DNA from: the human T2T-CHM13v2.0 reference genome, Homo sapiens
Reading direction: 5' to 3' (one strand)
Assembly (NCBI RefSeq): GCF_009914755.1
Contig: NC_060932.1
DNA length: 64,000 nucleotides
In this document: positions 1 through 20,689 of the stretch, one piece after another
Numbering within the stretch: the first letter of the stretch is position 1
How the letters are laid out: the number at the start of each line of letters is the position of its first letter
Position numbers and translations under genes: made by a program
Notes under the pieces: generated by a model
Databases searched by the model: none
What the model was told of the DNA's origin: nothing
What the model saw: only the letters and a program-made list of their open reading frames with translations

Positions 1-659
1 CAGGCCAGAGGCCCAGATTGTCCCCCTCCACTAAGGTGGTCGCCAGTCGACCAGGCGTGGCTGCATAGTAGCTCTTTTCCAGGATTCTACAGCCTGCAGT
101 AACAAGACGTGCCAAGCTCTCTCTGCTATATCCCGAAATCCAGCACCCTGTGGGTCAGCCCGCAAGGGCCATCCAGCTTCTGTCTCCCAACACTAAGTTC
201 ACTTCGTGTCTCTCACGACAGGGAGGAAACAGCATTCCTTGGAGACCTGAAGGGATGCGATGAGCTTAAGAATTTTCGAGAGCTTATCAATCAGTCAGCC
301 CTTGTTCATCCCTGTGCGGATGTGTGGTGGTACTGTGGTGGACCTTTACTGGGCACTCTGCTGAATAACTGGAGTGGCACTTGTGCTTTAGTCCGTTTGG
401 CTATCCCTTTCACCCTGGCATTTCATCAACCAGAGGGAGAAAAAATAAGACATCATAAAGCGAGAGAAGCCCCTTATGGGTCTTTCAACTCTCACGTCTA
501 TTTGGATGCAGTTGGGGCCCCTCAAGGAACACCAGATCAATTAAAGCTTGAAATCAAATAGCTACAGGATTTACGTCAATATTTTAGTAGGTGACAGTTA
601 ATAAAAGTGTAGATTAGATAAACTACATCTATTACAACCAACAGCAACAAGCTTTTCAT

Positions 660-1170
660 GAGTTAAAAGAAAAACTCCTGTTGGCCCCAGCCCTGAGTCT
701 ACCTGACGTGACAAAACCTTTTACACTCTATGTGTCAGAAAGAGAAAAAATGGCATTTGGAGTTTTAACCTAGACTGTGGGGCCCTGGCTAAGGGCAGTG
801 GCCTATCTCTCTAAACAACTATAGGGGGTTTCCAAAGCCTGGCCCCCGTGTCTAAGGGCCCCGGCAGCAACGGCCCTGTTAGCACAAGAAGCAGATAAAC
901 TAACTCTTGGACAAAACCTGAATATAAAGGCCCCCCATGCTGTGGTAACTTTGATGAATCCCAAAGGACATCATTGGCTAACAAATGCTAGATTAACCAA
1001 GTACCAAAGCTTGCTGTGTGAAAATCCCCACATAACCACTGCAGTTTGCAACACCCTAAACCCCAGCACCTTGCTCCCGGTATCGGGGAGCCCAGTTGAA
1101 CATAACTGTGTAGAGGTGTTGGACTCAGTTTATTCTAGCAGGCGCAACCTCCGAGACCATCCTTGAACAT
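660..1170 (+). pseudogene. Retroviral pol fragment (RT thumb/connection region), disrupted
   Basis: Translates to [26 protein letters not shown] and HHWLTNARLTKYQSLLCENPHIT..CNTLNPSTLLP, typical gammaretroviral-like pol; internal stops. Confidence 0.75.
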
Positions 1171-1844
1171 CAGTAGACTGTGAGCAGTACGTGGATAGCA
1201 GCAGCTTCGCCAACCCCTGCAAAGTGACTCTGAGGAAGACGACAAGCCCTGCTCCAGTCACGCCCAGAAGCTGACTGGTCCATGCACGGCCGAAGCATGA
1301 GGAAACTCATCGCAGGACTCATTTTCCTTAAAATTTGGACTTGTACAGTAAGGACTTCAACTCACCCTCCTCAGACTGAGGACTGTTCCTAGTGTATACA
1401 TCAAGTCACTGAGGGAGGACAAAATGTTGCTACAGTCCCATTATTTTACGGTTATTATAAGTGTACTGGAACTCTAAAAAGAACTTGTTTGTATAATGTT
1501 ATTCTATACAAGGTATGTGCCCAGGAAATGACCAACCTGATGTGTGTTATGACCCATCTGAGCCTCCCATGACCACAGTTTTTCAAATAAGATTAAGAAT
1601 TAAAGACTGGTGGGGGCTCATAAACAATATGAGTAAAGTGTTAGCCAAAAAAAACAAACAAAAAGAGGTGCCCAAACAAGTCACCTTGAAGTGTGATGCC
1701 TGTGCTGTCATTAATACTAATAAGTTAGGAATAGGATGTGGTTCTCTTCATTAGGAAAGAGGCTGTATGGCAGAAAATAAGTACATTTATCATGAGTTAG
1801 GACTGTGTGGAAATGAATGTAGTTACTGGTCTTGTGTCATTTAG

Positions 1845-2295
<451 letters not shown>

Positions 2296-2668
2296 ATAAC
2301 CCTAGAAATTCATGGGGCTGGACTGGATCTTCAAGTAAATATTGTGGTTTGAGGAGAAGTTTATAAACGCTCTCCTGAGCCAGTATTTCAAACCTTCTAT
2401 GATGAACTGAATGTGCCAGCACCAGAAATTCCAGGAAAAATAAGAAATTTGTTTGCAATTAGCTGACCATGTAGCCCAGTCTCTCAATGTCACTTCATGC
2501 TATGTGTGTGGAGGAACTATAATAAAAGATCAATGGCCACGGGAAGCCCAAGAATTAGTACCTACAGACCCAGTTCCTGACGAATTCCTGGCTCAGAAAA
2601 ATCACCCTGATAACTTCCGGGTCCTAAAAGCCTCAATCACTAGACAATACTGTATAGCAAGAGTAAGG

Positions 2669-3065
<397 letters not shown>

Positions 3066-3365
3066 TCAAACCATACTAAGAAAAATCCATTTAGTAAATT
3101 CCCAAAGTTGCAAACCGTGTGGACCCATCCGGAGTCCCACCGGGACTGGACAGCCCCCACTGGATTATACTGAATGTGTGGGCATAGGCCTTACACCAAA
3201 TTACCCGACCAGTGGGCAGGCAGTTGTGTGATTGGCACTATTAAACCATCTTTCTTCCTACTGCCTATAAAGACAGGTGAACTCCTGGGCTTCCCTATGT
3301 TTCCCGCGAAAAGAGAAGCATAGCTATAAAAAAATAAGAAAGATAATAAATGGCCCCCTGAGAGA

Positions 3366-3653
3366 ATGATGGAATATTATAGGCCTGCTACTTGGGCACA
3401 AGATGGCTTGTGGGGATACCGGACCCCCATCTACATGCTCAACCAAATCATACGGTTACAAGCTGTCTTAGAAATAATCACTAATAGGACCGGCAGAGCC
3501 TTGACTATTCTGGCCCGGCAAGAAACTCAGATGAGAAATGCTATCTATCAAAATAAATTGACTCTCGACTACTTGCTAGCAGCTGAAGGAGAAGTCTGTG
3601 GGAAATTGAACCTTACCAATTGCTGCCTGCACATACATGATCGGGGCAAGTAG
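3366..3653 (+). pseudogene. ERV env TM fragment with immunosuppressive domain and CX6CC motif
   Basis: [27 protein letters not shown] matches ISD (LQNRxxLDxL) + CX6CC; env frame broken by stops and Alus. Confidence 0.85.
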
Positions 3654-3893
3654 TTGAAGATACAGTTAAAGACATGACGAAACTGGCACATGTGCCTGTA
3701 CAAGCGTGGCACGGATTTGATCCTGAGGCCATGTTTGAAAATGGTTCCCAGCGCTAAGAGGATTTAAAACTCTTATAATAAAAATTACAGTAGTAATAAG
3801 AACCTGCTTACTGATCCGTTGTTTACTACCTGTACTCCTTCAAATGGTAAAAGGTTTCATCACTACTCTAGTTCACCAGAATGCTTCAGCACA

Positions 3894-4213
<320 letters not shown>

Positions 4214-4331
4214 TCAGCACAAGTGTACTTCATGAATCACTATCGCTCTGTCATGCAGGAAGACATAGCTAGTGAGGAAGAAGGTGAGAACTCCCACTAA
4301 TAAAATGAGTGAGAGTCTCAAAGAGGGGGAA

Positions 4332-5004
<673 letters not shown>

Positions 5005-5065
5005 CATACACCTTTTATAATATTATAGATTTTTTTCTTCCCAATGTTTTAAGAGATGGGGTCTT

Positions 5066-5838
<773 letters not shown>

Positions 5839-6232
5839 TGAAGCTATGACACAGGTGCCCTCCCTACAGTCTTTCCCAGTCCTGCTGGGTCTCAAGTAGC
5901 CATGTGGCACCCAGGGAGGCTGTCAAGGCTGTCTGAGGCCCGAAGTTACATCCTAGATTAGAGCTCAGGACAGAAGACAGAGCTGTGAAGGCGATGCCTG
6001 GAGGATCCAACCTCTCCCAGAATAGCCAGGAGGCAAAACTGGCGAAAGGGGACCACATGGGGCTGGATTCTGCTTGGGAGCTGCTGGTCGAGGCACTGAG
6101 AACGTGTCCCCAGACCTCACCATGGCCACCTGTCCAGCCCCGATTCCAGAGGCTCAAAACCAAAAACATAAGTAACAGCAAATCAACAAGTATTAAATTA
6201 TATGTAACTAACAATTTTGAAGACATTCCTAT

Positions 6233-6829
6233 TGACATAGGATGTTGTTCTCAGTCATTCTGCAAGCCAGGGACCTCCGGCCAGCGACGCCCCGCCAGGG
6301 CCTCGCTTGACACACTACCTGCTGCAGGAGACAGCCCGTCAACTCCCCCGAGTTCCCGAATGCTTGTCCACGGCCAAGAAGAATGAGGAGGCTCTGACAA
6401 TCGAAGAGTGAGCAAGGCGGGGAATTTCACTGGGTGACGGGGCAGCTTTCAGTGGAGAGGGGACATGGCGTGGTCCCCCTACATGAAGGCAGGAAAGTTC
6501 CCCGTGTTATGGACTCAGAATGGGGAGGGCGTGCTGATTGGTTTGTGAGTAATGCAAAAAAGGTTAAAGCAAAGGCACCACTGAAAGGTGGGCATGACAG
6601 TGTAGAAAGCCAATTAGAAAAGGGTAGGTATATGTAAAATAGGTAAAGGGTGGGACCAATCAGAGGAAAGTGCGCCAGACAGGAAGACAGGCTCTCAATC
6701 CTGTCTGAGGATTCGACTTGCAGCTTGGCTTTCAGGCTTTAAGCTGTTTTCAGCGTCGAGGTGGAGGTTTCACTGGGGACCTGCCCCCATTTGGCTGGGC
6801 ATTTGGCTGCCTGCCTCCTGTCGCTATCA
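6233..6829 (-). mobile_element. ERV1 LTR, LTR27/LTR28/LTR1-like
   Basis: Minus strand begins TGATAGCGACAGGAGGCAG..CAAATGCCCAG..GGTCCCCAGTGAAACC, ends ..TGTCA. Confidence 0.6.
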
Positions 6830-6998
6830 CTCCTTTACCAGTGAGGACTAAACTGAACTTTTTCTCTCTTGCTCAAGTTCTTATCTAAAGGGCCTGGGGA
6901 GTCTGCCCTACAAACCATAAAATGTCATCAGATAGGTTTTATTTAACCCTATATAATTGGCTTAGTTTCCAACCTGACTCTGGCATAACGTCACATGA

Positions 6999-7326
<328 letters not shown>

Positions 7327-7491
7327 TATTTTACTTTTAAATATATTTCTTGGCTATACTTTGGATGCTTTCAGGTCATAGGTGGATTCAAAGATTTTCT
7401 GATTGGCAATTGGTTGAATAAGTTAAGTGATTACCTAAGACCTGGAATCTATAGAAAGGCGTGTCTAGGTTTGAACAGTTGGCCGCCCTTG

Positions 7492-8431
7492 TGTGGGTGG
7501 AGTATTACATAGGTGCCGAGGCAAGAGACTGAAGCCACAAACTGTTTCAGTATAATAAAGAAAATAGTTAGAATAAGAATAGTCATAATACAAATTAGAT
7601 ATAGAGATGACCATGAACAATTATCAATCATTATTATAAACATTATTAATCATTAGCTTTTACCATTACTCTTTGTTGCATTACTAATATAACCTAGGAA
7701 TAACCAGCGGATATAGGGTCGGGTGCTGAAGGGACATGGTGAGAAGTGACCTAGAAGGCAAGAGGTGAGCCTTCTGTCACTCCCACATCAGGGCTGCTTG
7801 AGGGCTCCTTGGTCAAGCGCTAACGCCAGTGTCTGGGAAGTCACCCGTTGCTTAGTAGACTGCGAAAGGGAGTCTCCTTTCCTTGGAGGAGTCAGGGAAC
7901 ACTCTGCTCCACCAGCTTCTTGTGGGAGGTTGGATATTACCCAGGCCTGGCCGCAGTCATCCGGAGGCCTAAACCCCTCCCTGTGGTGCTTCAATGTTCA
8001 CGCTCCTTGTCCACTTTCGTGTTCCTCCTGTACTCCTGGTTCCTCTTTGAAGTTCGTAGTCGATAGCGGTAGAAGAAATAGTGAAAGTCTTAAAGTCTTT
8101 GATTAATGCTAACTTATGCTGCCTTCTCTCTCTGCTTCCGCTACCTAAGAGGGAAGGGCCCCCTGTCCTGTAATCATGTGACTTGCTTCACCTTGTCAAT
8201 CACTTAGAAGATTCACCCTCCTTACCCTGCCCCCCCTTGTCTTGTATGCAATAAATATCAGCGCGCCCAGCCGTTTGGGGCCACTACCGGTCTCTGCGTC
8301 TTGATGGTAGTGGTCGCCCGGGCCCAGCTGTTTTCTCTTTATCTCTTTGTCTTGTGTCTTTATTTATTACAATCTCTCATCTCCGCACACGGGGACAACA
8401 CCCGCTTAGCCCCGCAGGGCTGGACCCTACA
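7492..8431 (+). mobile_element. Solo LTR13 (HERV-K HML-4 type)
   Basis: TG...CA ends (TGTGGGTGG..GACCCTACA), AATAAA ~8249, perfect 6-bp TSD CCCTTG at 7486-7491 and 8432-8437. Confidence 0.88.
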
Positions 8432-8550
8432 CCCTTGATTGGCTGGAACTGGGTGACTGGCAGGAGAGCAAGTGACAGTCTGTTCACACCTCCAGTTAGG
8501 TTACAGTTCACTTTGTAGGATAAACCTTTAGGCCGACTTTAGGTTATGAG

Positions 8551-8706
8551 GGCCGGGATCGGTGGTTCACGCCTGTAACCCCAGCACTTTGGGAGGCCAA
8601 GTCAGGCGGATCACCTGAGGTCAGGAGTTCAAAACCAGCCTGACCAACATGATGAAACCCCCGTCTCTACTAAAATTACAAAAAAATCAGCCGGGCGTCG
8701 TGGCGC
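8551..8706 (+). mobile_element. Truncated Alu (left arm + start of right arm) abutting the ZNF707 promoter
   Basis: GGCCGGGATCGGTGGTTCACGCCTGTAA..A-linker..CAGCCGGGCGTCGTGGCG then non-Alu GC-rich sequence. Confidence 0.85.
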
Positions 8707-8709
8707 TTG

Positions 8710-9100
8710 GCTGTGACCGGGGCGGGGCCTGCCGGCTGCGGCGGAACCACAAGCGGTGCGGGGCGAGGCGGGCGGCCTGGACGGCCTGGAAGGCCAGCGC
8801 GCACCACCGAGACGTGGGCTCCTAGAGGGGCCGGAAGCTTTCGGATAACAACTTCCGCTCGGGAAGTTTGTAAAAGTCTGGGCTACCGGCGCGGCGTAGT
8901 GGATGCAGCATCCTAGTGGAGGACGCCCCTGTGGTGAGTGCGCCCGTGTCCCCCGCCGCCCCTCCGTCCCTGGGTCGTGGGCTGTCAAACCTTCTAATTC
9001 TGCGGCCGCCCCAGGGCTGTGAGACCCAGCGTCGCGGCTGCTGGGACAGACCGGGGAGGCTGCCCGTGCCCTCGGCTATTCGGGGGCTGTTCTTCAGCTT
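8710..9100 (+). promoter_or_regulatory. ZNF707: ZNF707 CpG-island promoter and non-coding first exon (donor GTG/GTGAGT after 8933)
   Basis: CpG-dense, GC boxes (GGGGCGGGG), ETS-like CCGGAAG/ACTTCCG, consensus donor at 8934. Confidence 0.8.
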
Positions 9101-9633
9101 CTTCCGGCTCGGCCTCCTCTTCTCTCCTCGCTCCTTACACTTGCAGGTTTGTCAGGACCCGGTTGCGTATCCTCTTGAAGCTGGTTTCTTCCTGGCCGAC
9201 CCCGTCCGCGATCGTGACCTTAGTTATCCCTCATAGACACTTTCCACACCTGTGTCTCCAGCCCTATCGCTCCGATGAGACCCGAGCGCTTAGACTTGAT
9301 TCATAACACCCAAAGCTCCCCGGCCCCAGGCTGAGCTCCTGCAACCTCCACACCCCACCCTCTGGTCCTCCCAGGCATTCCACCGCGAAGGAGAGGAGGC
9401 AGAAACCCGAGATTCGCTTCTTCTCCTTTCCTGCCCACGCCCAGCCACACAGTCACTGGTGCGTTAGCTCCATAACTGAACCATTTGCCTCCTTGCCATT
9501 CCCACCCTGTAAGTCCCAATCCTGGCCGTCTTCCTCTCTCACCTGAACGCCTCCCTGTCTTCTCCCCACCCCCATCCTGTTTTGCTGCTTTCTCATTTGT
9601 TCATCACAGAGGATCTTTTATAAAATGTAGCTT

Positions 9634-13310
<3,677 letters not shown>

Positions 13311-14495
13311 TAATATCTCTGTCAGGTTTTCGGTTTGGGTTTTGCTGGCCTCATTAAGACAGACTGGATAGCGTCTGCTCTTCCTCTGTTCACTAAATAG
13401 CTTCTAAGATCAGTACTGTGCTTCCGTAGGCTTTGGTGGAGTTTACCAGGGAATCCAGCTGGGTGTGGTATTTTCTGTGTGGGAAGGGTTCCAGTTACAT
13501 TTTCAATTGCCTTATCAGATGGAAGGCTTCCCTTTCTTTTGTCAGTTTCATGATACTGTGTTTTTCATCGAGTTTGTCTGTTTCATCTCAGTTGCTGAAC
13601 CTGTTTGCATGAGTTGCTCCTGACGGCCCTTTAGGATACTTCCATGTCTGTAGGGTCTAGAGTGACATCTCCTCCCCTCCCCTGACGAGGTAACCAGGCA
13701 TGGGCTATCTTCCTCCAGCTGGTTCTGTCTCTTCTCAGGGGTGCCTGTGGGGCTGGCCTCTTCTGCATCTTGGGGCTCTGAGCTTTACTCACGAAGGAGG
13801 CAGGACCCACTGTGGCAGGAGGGCAGTGGGATGCCAGGGTGGTTCTCCACAGACCTGGGGGTAGAAGCTGGATCTCAGCGGGCCGGGGCCCTAAGGTTTA
13901 GGGGATCTTGTGGCTTGATCTGGAGACTCAGTGAACATTATTGGGGTTTCTCGGGGCTGCACCAGGTTTTCACTTGGGGGAAGGCTGCGAGGTGGCCTCC
14001 TTGTAGCGTACCCGAGAGCATCCTCCTGGCACAGTGCTGTGGGAACGGGCTGCCCGCCTGTCTCCTGAGGAGGAGCCTCCGCTGCCTCAGTTGCGGTTAG
14101 ACTCTCCAGTCATGTGTTTGCAGCTAAGCTGTTGGCTTTCAGCCAGCAATGGCTGGCCTGTCCTCCTCTGGTGACAGGCCTGGCTTGCTGTCTGGTATTT
14201 CAGAGTTCTTGTTTGTGGAGGTGGCACACTGTACCCAGCTGTCCCTTAAAGATATGTTGGCCCCTCACCACTGCCAAGTTTCCCCACACCTGGTGGCTGT
14301 CAGTAGTTACAGAGCAGACCCTGTGTGTGCATCACTCATTTTTCCTGAATTCCCCGTGATTTGCTGAGTGGGGGGCTCCTGGGGTCAGGTGCGGGGGGCA
14401 TTCCCAGGCCGGCTATACCCGCTTACATTTCTTGTCTCCCCAGATCTGCCCTCCTTGGCACTGTGCTTCCCCAGAGGGGTGGCCTCGCTGTTCCC

Positions 14496-14510
14496 ATGGA
14501 CATGGCCCAG
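14496..14510 (+). CDS. ZNF707: ZNF707 coding exon 1 (MDMAQ)
   Basis: Acceptor CAG at 14441-14443, ATG 14496, donor CAG/GTGAGC; the four exons total 1116 nt = 371 aa + stop. Confidence 0.88.
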
Positions 14511-14676
14511 GTGAGCCCTGCTGCTGCCGAGCGCAGCCTCCCTTCTGCCCTGCTGGCTGCCTGAGACCCCAGCACACACGCGGGGAGGGTCTGTGGCAGT
14601 GGCTTCCCAGGCACTGTGCCCGTGTCTGCCTTTCTGCCTTCTCTCTTAAGGGGTGGGGAAAGAAAAAGAAAATTGG

Positions 14677-14972
14677 GGCCAGGCGCAATGCCTCACGCCT
14701 GTAATCCTAGCACTTTGGGAGGCTGAGGCAGGTGGATCTCGAGGTCAGGAGATCAAGACCATCCTGGCTAACACGGTGAAACCCCATCTCTACTAAAAAT
14801 ACAAAAAATTAGCTGGGCACGCACCTGTAGGCCCAGCTACTCGGGAGGCTGAGGCAGGAGAATTGCTTGAACCTGGGAGGCGGAGGTTGCAGTGAGCCAA
14901 GATCGTGCCACCACTCCAGCCTGGTGACAGAGCAAGACTCCGTCTCAAAAAAGAAAAAAAAAAAGAAAAGAA
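14677..14972 (+). mobile_element. Alu SINE
   Basis: Full dimer with A-rich tail. Confidence 0.9.
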
Positions 14973-15273
14973 AATTGGATTCATTGACACTAGGAGAGTA
15001 GTGGCTGTTGTAGGAAAGTAGACTAGATTCTCTTAGTCCACTAGAGCTACCGTAACCAAATATGACACAGTGGGTGGTTTACACACATGCACTTCCTCTG
15101 TTCCAAAGGCTGACGTCCAAGATCAGATGCTGCAGATCTGGTTTCTGGTGGGGGCCACTATTGTGCTGTGTTCACGCGTGTGCGGGGAGGGAGCCGGGGG
15201 GCTCTCTGGAGTCTCCTGTGAGGACCAGGTCCATGGGTCAGGGCCCCTCCCTTCTGACCTCACTTAACCTTAA

Positions 15274-15609
<336 letters not shown>

Positions 15610-15986
15610 TGAGCACAGGGTGAGTGCTGGGAGAGCTCTGCCGCTGCCTCTGGGCCCAGCTCGTCCAGGACAGTAGTGGGGCCTCCCAGCTGAGGGGGCT
15701 CAGGAGCTAGAAGTTATTGGCTTATGTAGACAGAGGGGCCCACTCAGCGTTTCTCTCGGGCTCCCTGGAGGCAGCCTCATCTTCCTTCCTCTGACCTTGC
15801 CAGGGCCTTCCGTGGGCCTTGGTGTCCAGGCCCCTCCCTTCCTGTCATCTCTGCTTTGGGGTGGCTTCTCCAGGGCCTCCCGAGGGCTGGCCTGGCGTCT
15901 TAGGCTGATGCACAACTGCTCTGAGCCTCGACCCTCACTTTGTCCTCAGTACAAGTAAAACAGAAACTTTTCTCTCCTTTGAGAAG

Positions 15987-16100
15987 GATTTTGCAGCCCC
16001 AGACCAGACCTCGTCTCTCGCCTGGAACAGTGGGAGGAGCCGTGGGTTGAAGACCGGGAGAGACCTGAGTTCCAGGCAGTGCAGAGGGGACCCCGGCCAG
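15987..16100 (+). CDS. ZNF707: ZNF707 KRAB-B exon
   Basis: FCSPRPDLVSRLEQWEEPWVEDRERPEFQAVQRGPRP; AAG/ acceptor, CAG/GTGAGT donor, phase 1-1. Confidence 0.92.
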
Positions 16101-16673
16101 GTGAGTGCTGGGCTGTCTGGGCTCGGCGGGCCCCGTCCCTGTGGCCCACAGCTCCTGGGTAGTGCTCAGCACGCTGCAGTGACCAAGGGTGTGTCCTTCC
16201 CATGGGAGAGCAGACACACAGCTGCTCTCTAAATTAGACAGGCATTAGAGACGTAGGGGCAGCCACGCTCCTGCCCTGATGGACACTGGCCGGGGTTGGG
16301 GCTCGCAAGGCATAGTGCTGCAGGATGACATACAGCTGCAGCTCGGAGGGGCCTGAGGCTGGAGTGACACTTGAAGCCTGCACCTAGCCACCCAGGTGCT
16401 GTCCGGCGGAGGCCATTGGTGTGGGTGTCTGACCTCCCTGTGATGGCCACGTGGGGTCCCAGGCCTGGTACTGACTGCACGTGAGGGTCTCCAGGTATGT
16501 GGCTCTGGGTAGGAGTTTGCTCCACGTCCTTGTTTGCAAAACTGGGACAGTGGCCATGCTTCCCTCCATTAGGTGAGGGTTGCTCTTGGGGCAGTTGTCA
16601 GCAGGGTTTTGCTTTTTACTTACATTTTCAGAGTGGGATGGAGCAGCTATGTGAACACGAGCCCTGGGAGGTC

Positions 16674-17295
16674 CCCGGGTATGTGGAGTCCCCGACTGTG
16701 GAGTGTCAGGTTCCTAGGTGTGTGGAGCCCCCGACTGTGGAGTGTCAGGTCCCTGGGTGTGTGGAGCCCCTGACTCTGGAGTGTCAGGTCCCCGGGTGTG
16801 TGGAGCCCCCGGCTGGGGAGGTGTCGGATCCCCGGGTGTGTGGAGCCCCCGGCTGGGGAGGTGTCGGATCCCCGGGTGTGTGGAGCCCCCGGCTGGGGAG
16901 GTGTCGGATCCCCGGGTGTGTGGAGCCCCCGGCTGGGGAGGTGTTGCATCCCCGGGTGTGTGGAGCCCCCGGCTGGGGAGGTGTCGCATCCCCGGGTGTG
17001 TGGAGCCCCCGGCTGGGGAGGTGTCGGATCCCCGGGTGTGTGGAGCCCCCGGCTGGGGAGGTGTCGCATCCCCGGGTGTGTGGAGCCCCCGGCTGGGGAG
17101 GTGTCGGATCCCCGGGTGTGTGGAGCCCCCGGCTGGGGAGGTGTCGCATCCCTGGGTGTGTGGAGCCCCCGGCTGGGGAGGTGTCGCATCCCCGGGTGTG
17201 TGGAGCCCCCGGCTGGGGAGGTGTCGCATCCCCGGGTGTGTGGAGCCCCCGGCTGGGGAGGTGTCGCATCCCCGGGTGTGTGGAGCCCCCGGCTG
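16674..17295. repeat. 40-bp GC-rich minisatellite (VNTR) in ZNF707 last intron
   Basis: Unit CCCGGGTGTGTGGAGCCCCCGGCTGGGGAGGTGTCG(G/C)ATC, 12 full copies 16791-17270 + partial, preceded by three diverged 39-bp units. Confidence 0.97.
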
Positions 17296-17673
17296 AAGGG
17301 AGCCATGGCTCTGAGGCTGAGTGGTTGAGAATCAGGTGGAGCTACCCGTCTTCTAGACGACATCCTAGCACCACCTCCACCCGCATGAGTGGGGCCTGCT
17401 GGCGTGGACAGGGTGAAAGGACATTCTCTTGGCCCAGTTGCTTCTGTTGGTTGGCAGGCATGTGTCGGCTCTCCCTCACGTCAGCAGTGCCGGGTGGCCT
17501 GCGTACCACCGGGGCTGGGGAAGCATCTGAGCTCATCTTGGCTTCCGCTGTTGATACCTGTGGCTCATCTGTGTTTCTTTGAACGAGTTTTCCTGATCAC
17601 TCGTAACCATGTGGAATGAGCTGAGTCAATGGAAGCCAGTCCACGCACACAGCAGGAGGGTCCTCTGGGCTTT

Positions 17674-17980
<307 letters not shown>

Positions 17981-18056
17981 TCCTCTGGGCTTTGCTGGAG
18001 GCACTGCCTGGCTGTGGGCCACTGGCTCTGTGTAAGGGTGTCTGTTCCTTCCACAG

Positions 18057-18916
18057 GGGCAAGGAAGTCTGCAGACCCCAAGAGACATTGTGATCATCCA
18101 GCTTGGGCTCACAAGAAAACCCACGTGCGGCGAGAAAGAGCCAGGGAAGGAAGCAGCTTTAGGAAGGGCTTCAGGCTGGACACGGATGACGGGCAGCTTC
18201 CCAGAGCTGCTCCAGAAAGGACAGACGCCAAGCCCACGGCTTTCCCGTGTCAGGTGCTCACGCAGCGTTGTGGGCGGCGGCCGGGCCGCAGAGAGCGCCG
18301 GAAGCAGCGCGCAGTAGAGCTGTCGTTCATCTGCGGCACGTGCGGGAAGGCGCTCAGCTGCCACAGCCGGCTGCTCGCTCACCAGACGGTGCACACGGGA
18401 ACCAAGGCCTTCGAGTGCCCCGAGTGCGGCCAGACCTTCCGGTGGGCTTCAAACCTGCAGCGCCACCAGAAGAACCACACGCGCGAGAAGCCCTTCTGCT
18501 GCGAGGCCTGCGGGCAGGCGTTCAGCCTGAAGGACCGCCTGGCTCAGCACCGCAAGGTCCACACCGAGCACAGGCCCTACTCGTGTGGCGACTGTGGGAA
18601 AGCCTTCAAGCAGAAGTCCAACCTTCTCAGACACCAGCTGGTGCACACCGGGGAGCGGCCGTTCTACTGCGCGGACTGCGGCAAAGCCTTCCGGACCAAG
18701 GAGAACCTCAGCCACCACCAGAGGGTCCACAGCGGGGAGAAGCCCTACACCTGTGCCGAGTGCGGCAAGTCCTTCCGGTGGCCCAAGGGCTTCAGCATCC
18801 ACCGGAGGCTGCACCTGACGAAGAGGTTCTACGAGTGCGGCCACTGTGGGAAAGGCTTCCGTCACCTGGGGTTCTTCACGCGGCATCAGAGGACTCACAG
18901 GCACGGGGAGGTGTAG
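18057..18916 (+). CDS. ZNF707: ZNF707 final exon with 7 C2H2 zinc fingers
   Basis: Acceptor CCACAG/, seven CxxC..HxxxH units with TGEKP-like linkers, TAG at 18914-18916. Confidence 0.96.
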
Positions 18917-19686
18917 GGGCGCCCGAAGCGTGGGGTGCTGCGCCTCTGCGGGAGTACTGGGTCCTGAGGGAGAGCTGCAGTGAGAAGTTGCTCTTCAGCC
19001 TGGAAAATCAACCTGAATTCAGAGAAGCCTTCTTAGTCCTCAGAGCTCCCCAGTCCCCCGAGAAGTTTACTGGGAAAACTGCCAGGTGGGAGAAGCAGAG
19101 CCATGGGTACGCCGGAGATGGCGGGGGCTCTGGAGATGGCGGGGGCTGCGCCCCGGCGCCGGGCATCCTGGGGATGTGCTGAGAGTGTGCGCGACCCCGG
19201 AGCCACGTGCCAGGCCGGGCTCAGAGGCGGAGAAGCCTGCCTGGTGCCCACAGCCGTCTGGCTCAGGGACTCCACCCTGGCCCCGAGTCGCCGTCTGCTG
19301 GGCCTTTCCTTCCTGGCTCTGCACCCCATGCTGGCTGCCCGGTCTGGCTTCCCTTCTTGTCTCTGTCTTGGGCGAGGCAGCTGTGAGCATTGCACAGAGG
19401 CAAAGACCCTCCTGCAGCCTCTGCGCTGGGCCGTAGAAACAAGAGCCTTTGTAATACTGAACCTCATTCAAGGATTAGGAGTGGTGGTTAGGTCAGGGCC
19501 ACCCCCAGTGCTGCAGGAACGGCCTCCACCCAGCTCTGTTGGTCAGAGCCTGGGTCATGCACCTGGAGTTGGGAGATCAAGCTGGGTCTCAGGGCAGTGA
19601 GGTGGCCATATCCACCACATCGCATTTCGTGGGGGAAGAGGTGACCTCTTTGTTTTAAACTTAAGGTGTCTGCTTATCCAGCCAGA

Positions 19687-19692
19687 AATAAA
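19687..19692 (+). terminator. ZNF707: ZNF707 polyadenylation signal
   Basis: AATAAA ~770 nt after the stop, GU-rich downstream. Confidence 0.7.
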
Positions 19693-19771
19693 AATCTGCC
19701 AGTGGTGTTCCCAAGGGAAGACCCCCGTGGGAATGGATCGGGACACTGCCGTGTTTCAGGTTAGCCAATTA

Positions 19772-20689
<918 letters not shown>

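Noticed and set aside
3366-3653. Possible domesticated env (syncytin/suppressyn-like)
   Set aside because: Env is fragmented by stops and three Alu insertions; only a 95-aa piece remains open
16791-17270. CRISPR-like regular array
   Set aside because: Units are contiguous with no unique spacers; eukaryotic minisatellite (the same applies to 20212-20677 and 26925-27628)
16497-17582. 361-aa ORF and overlapping ORFs in all six frames
   Set aside because: Product of the stop-free 40-bp VNTR
18247-19182. 311-aa alternative-frame ORF overlapping the ZNF707 finger exon
   Set aside because: GC3-rich codon bias removes stops in the shifted frame; no independent evidence
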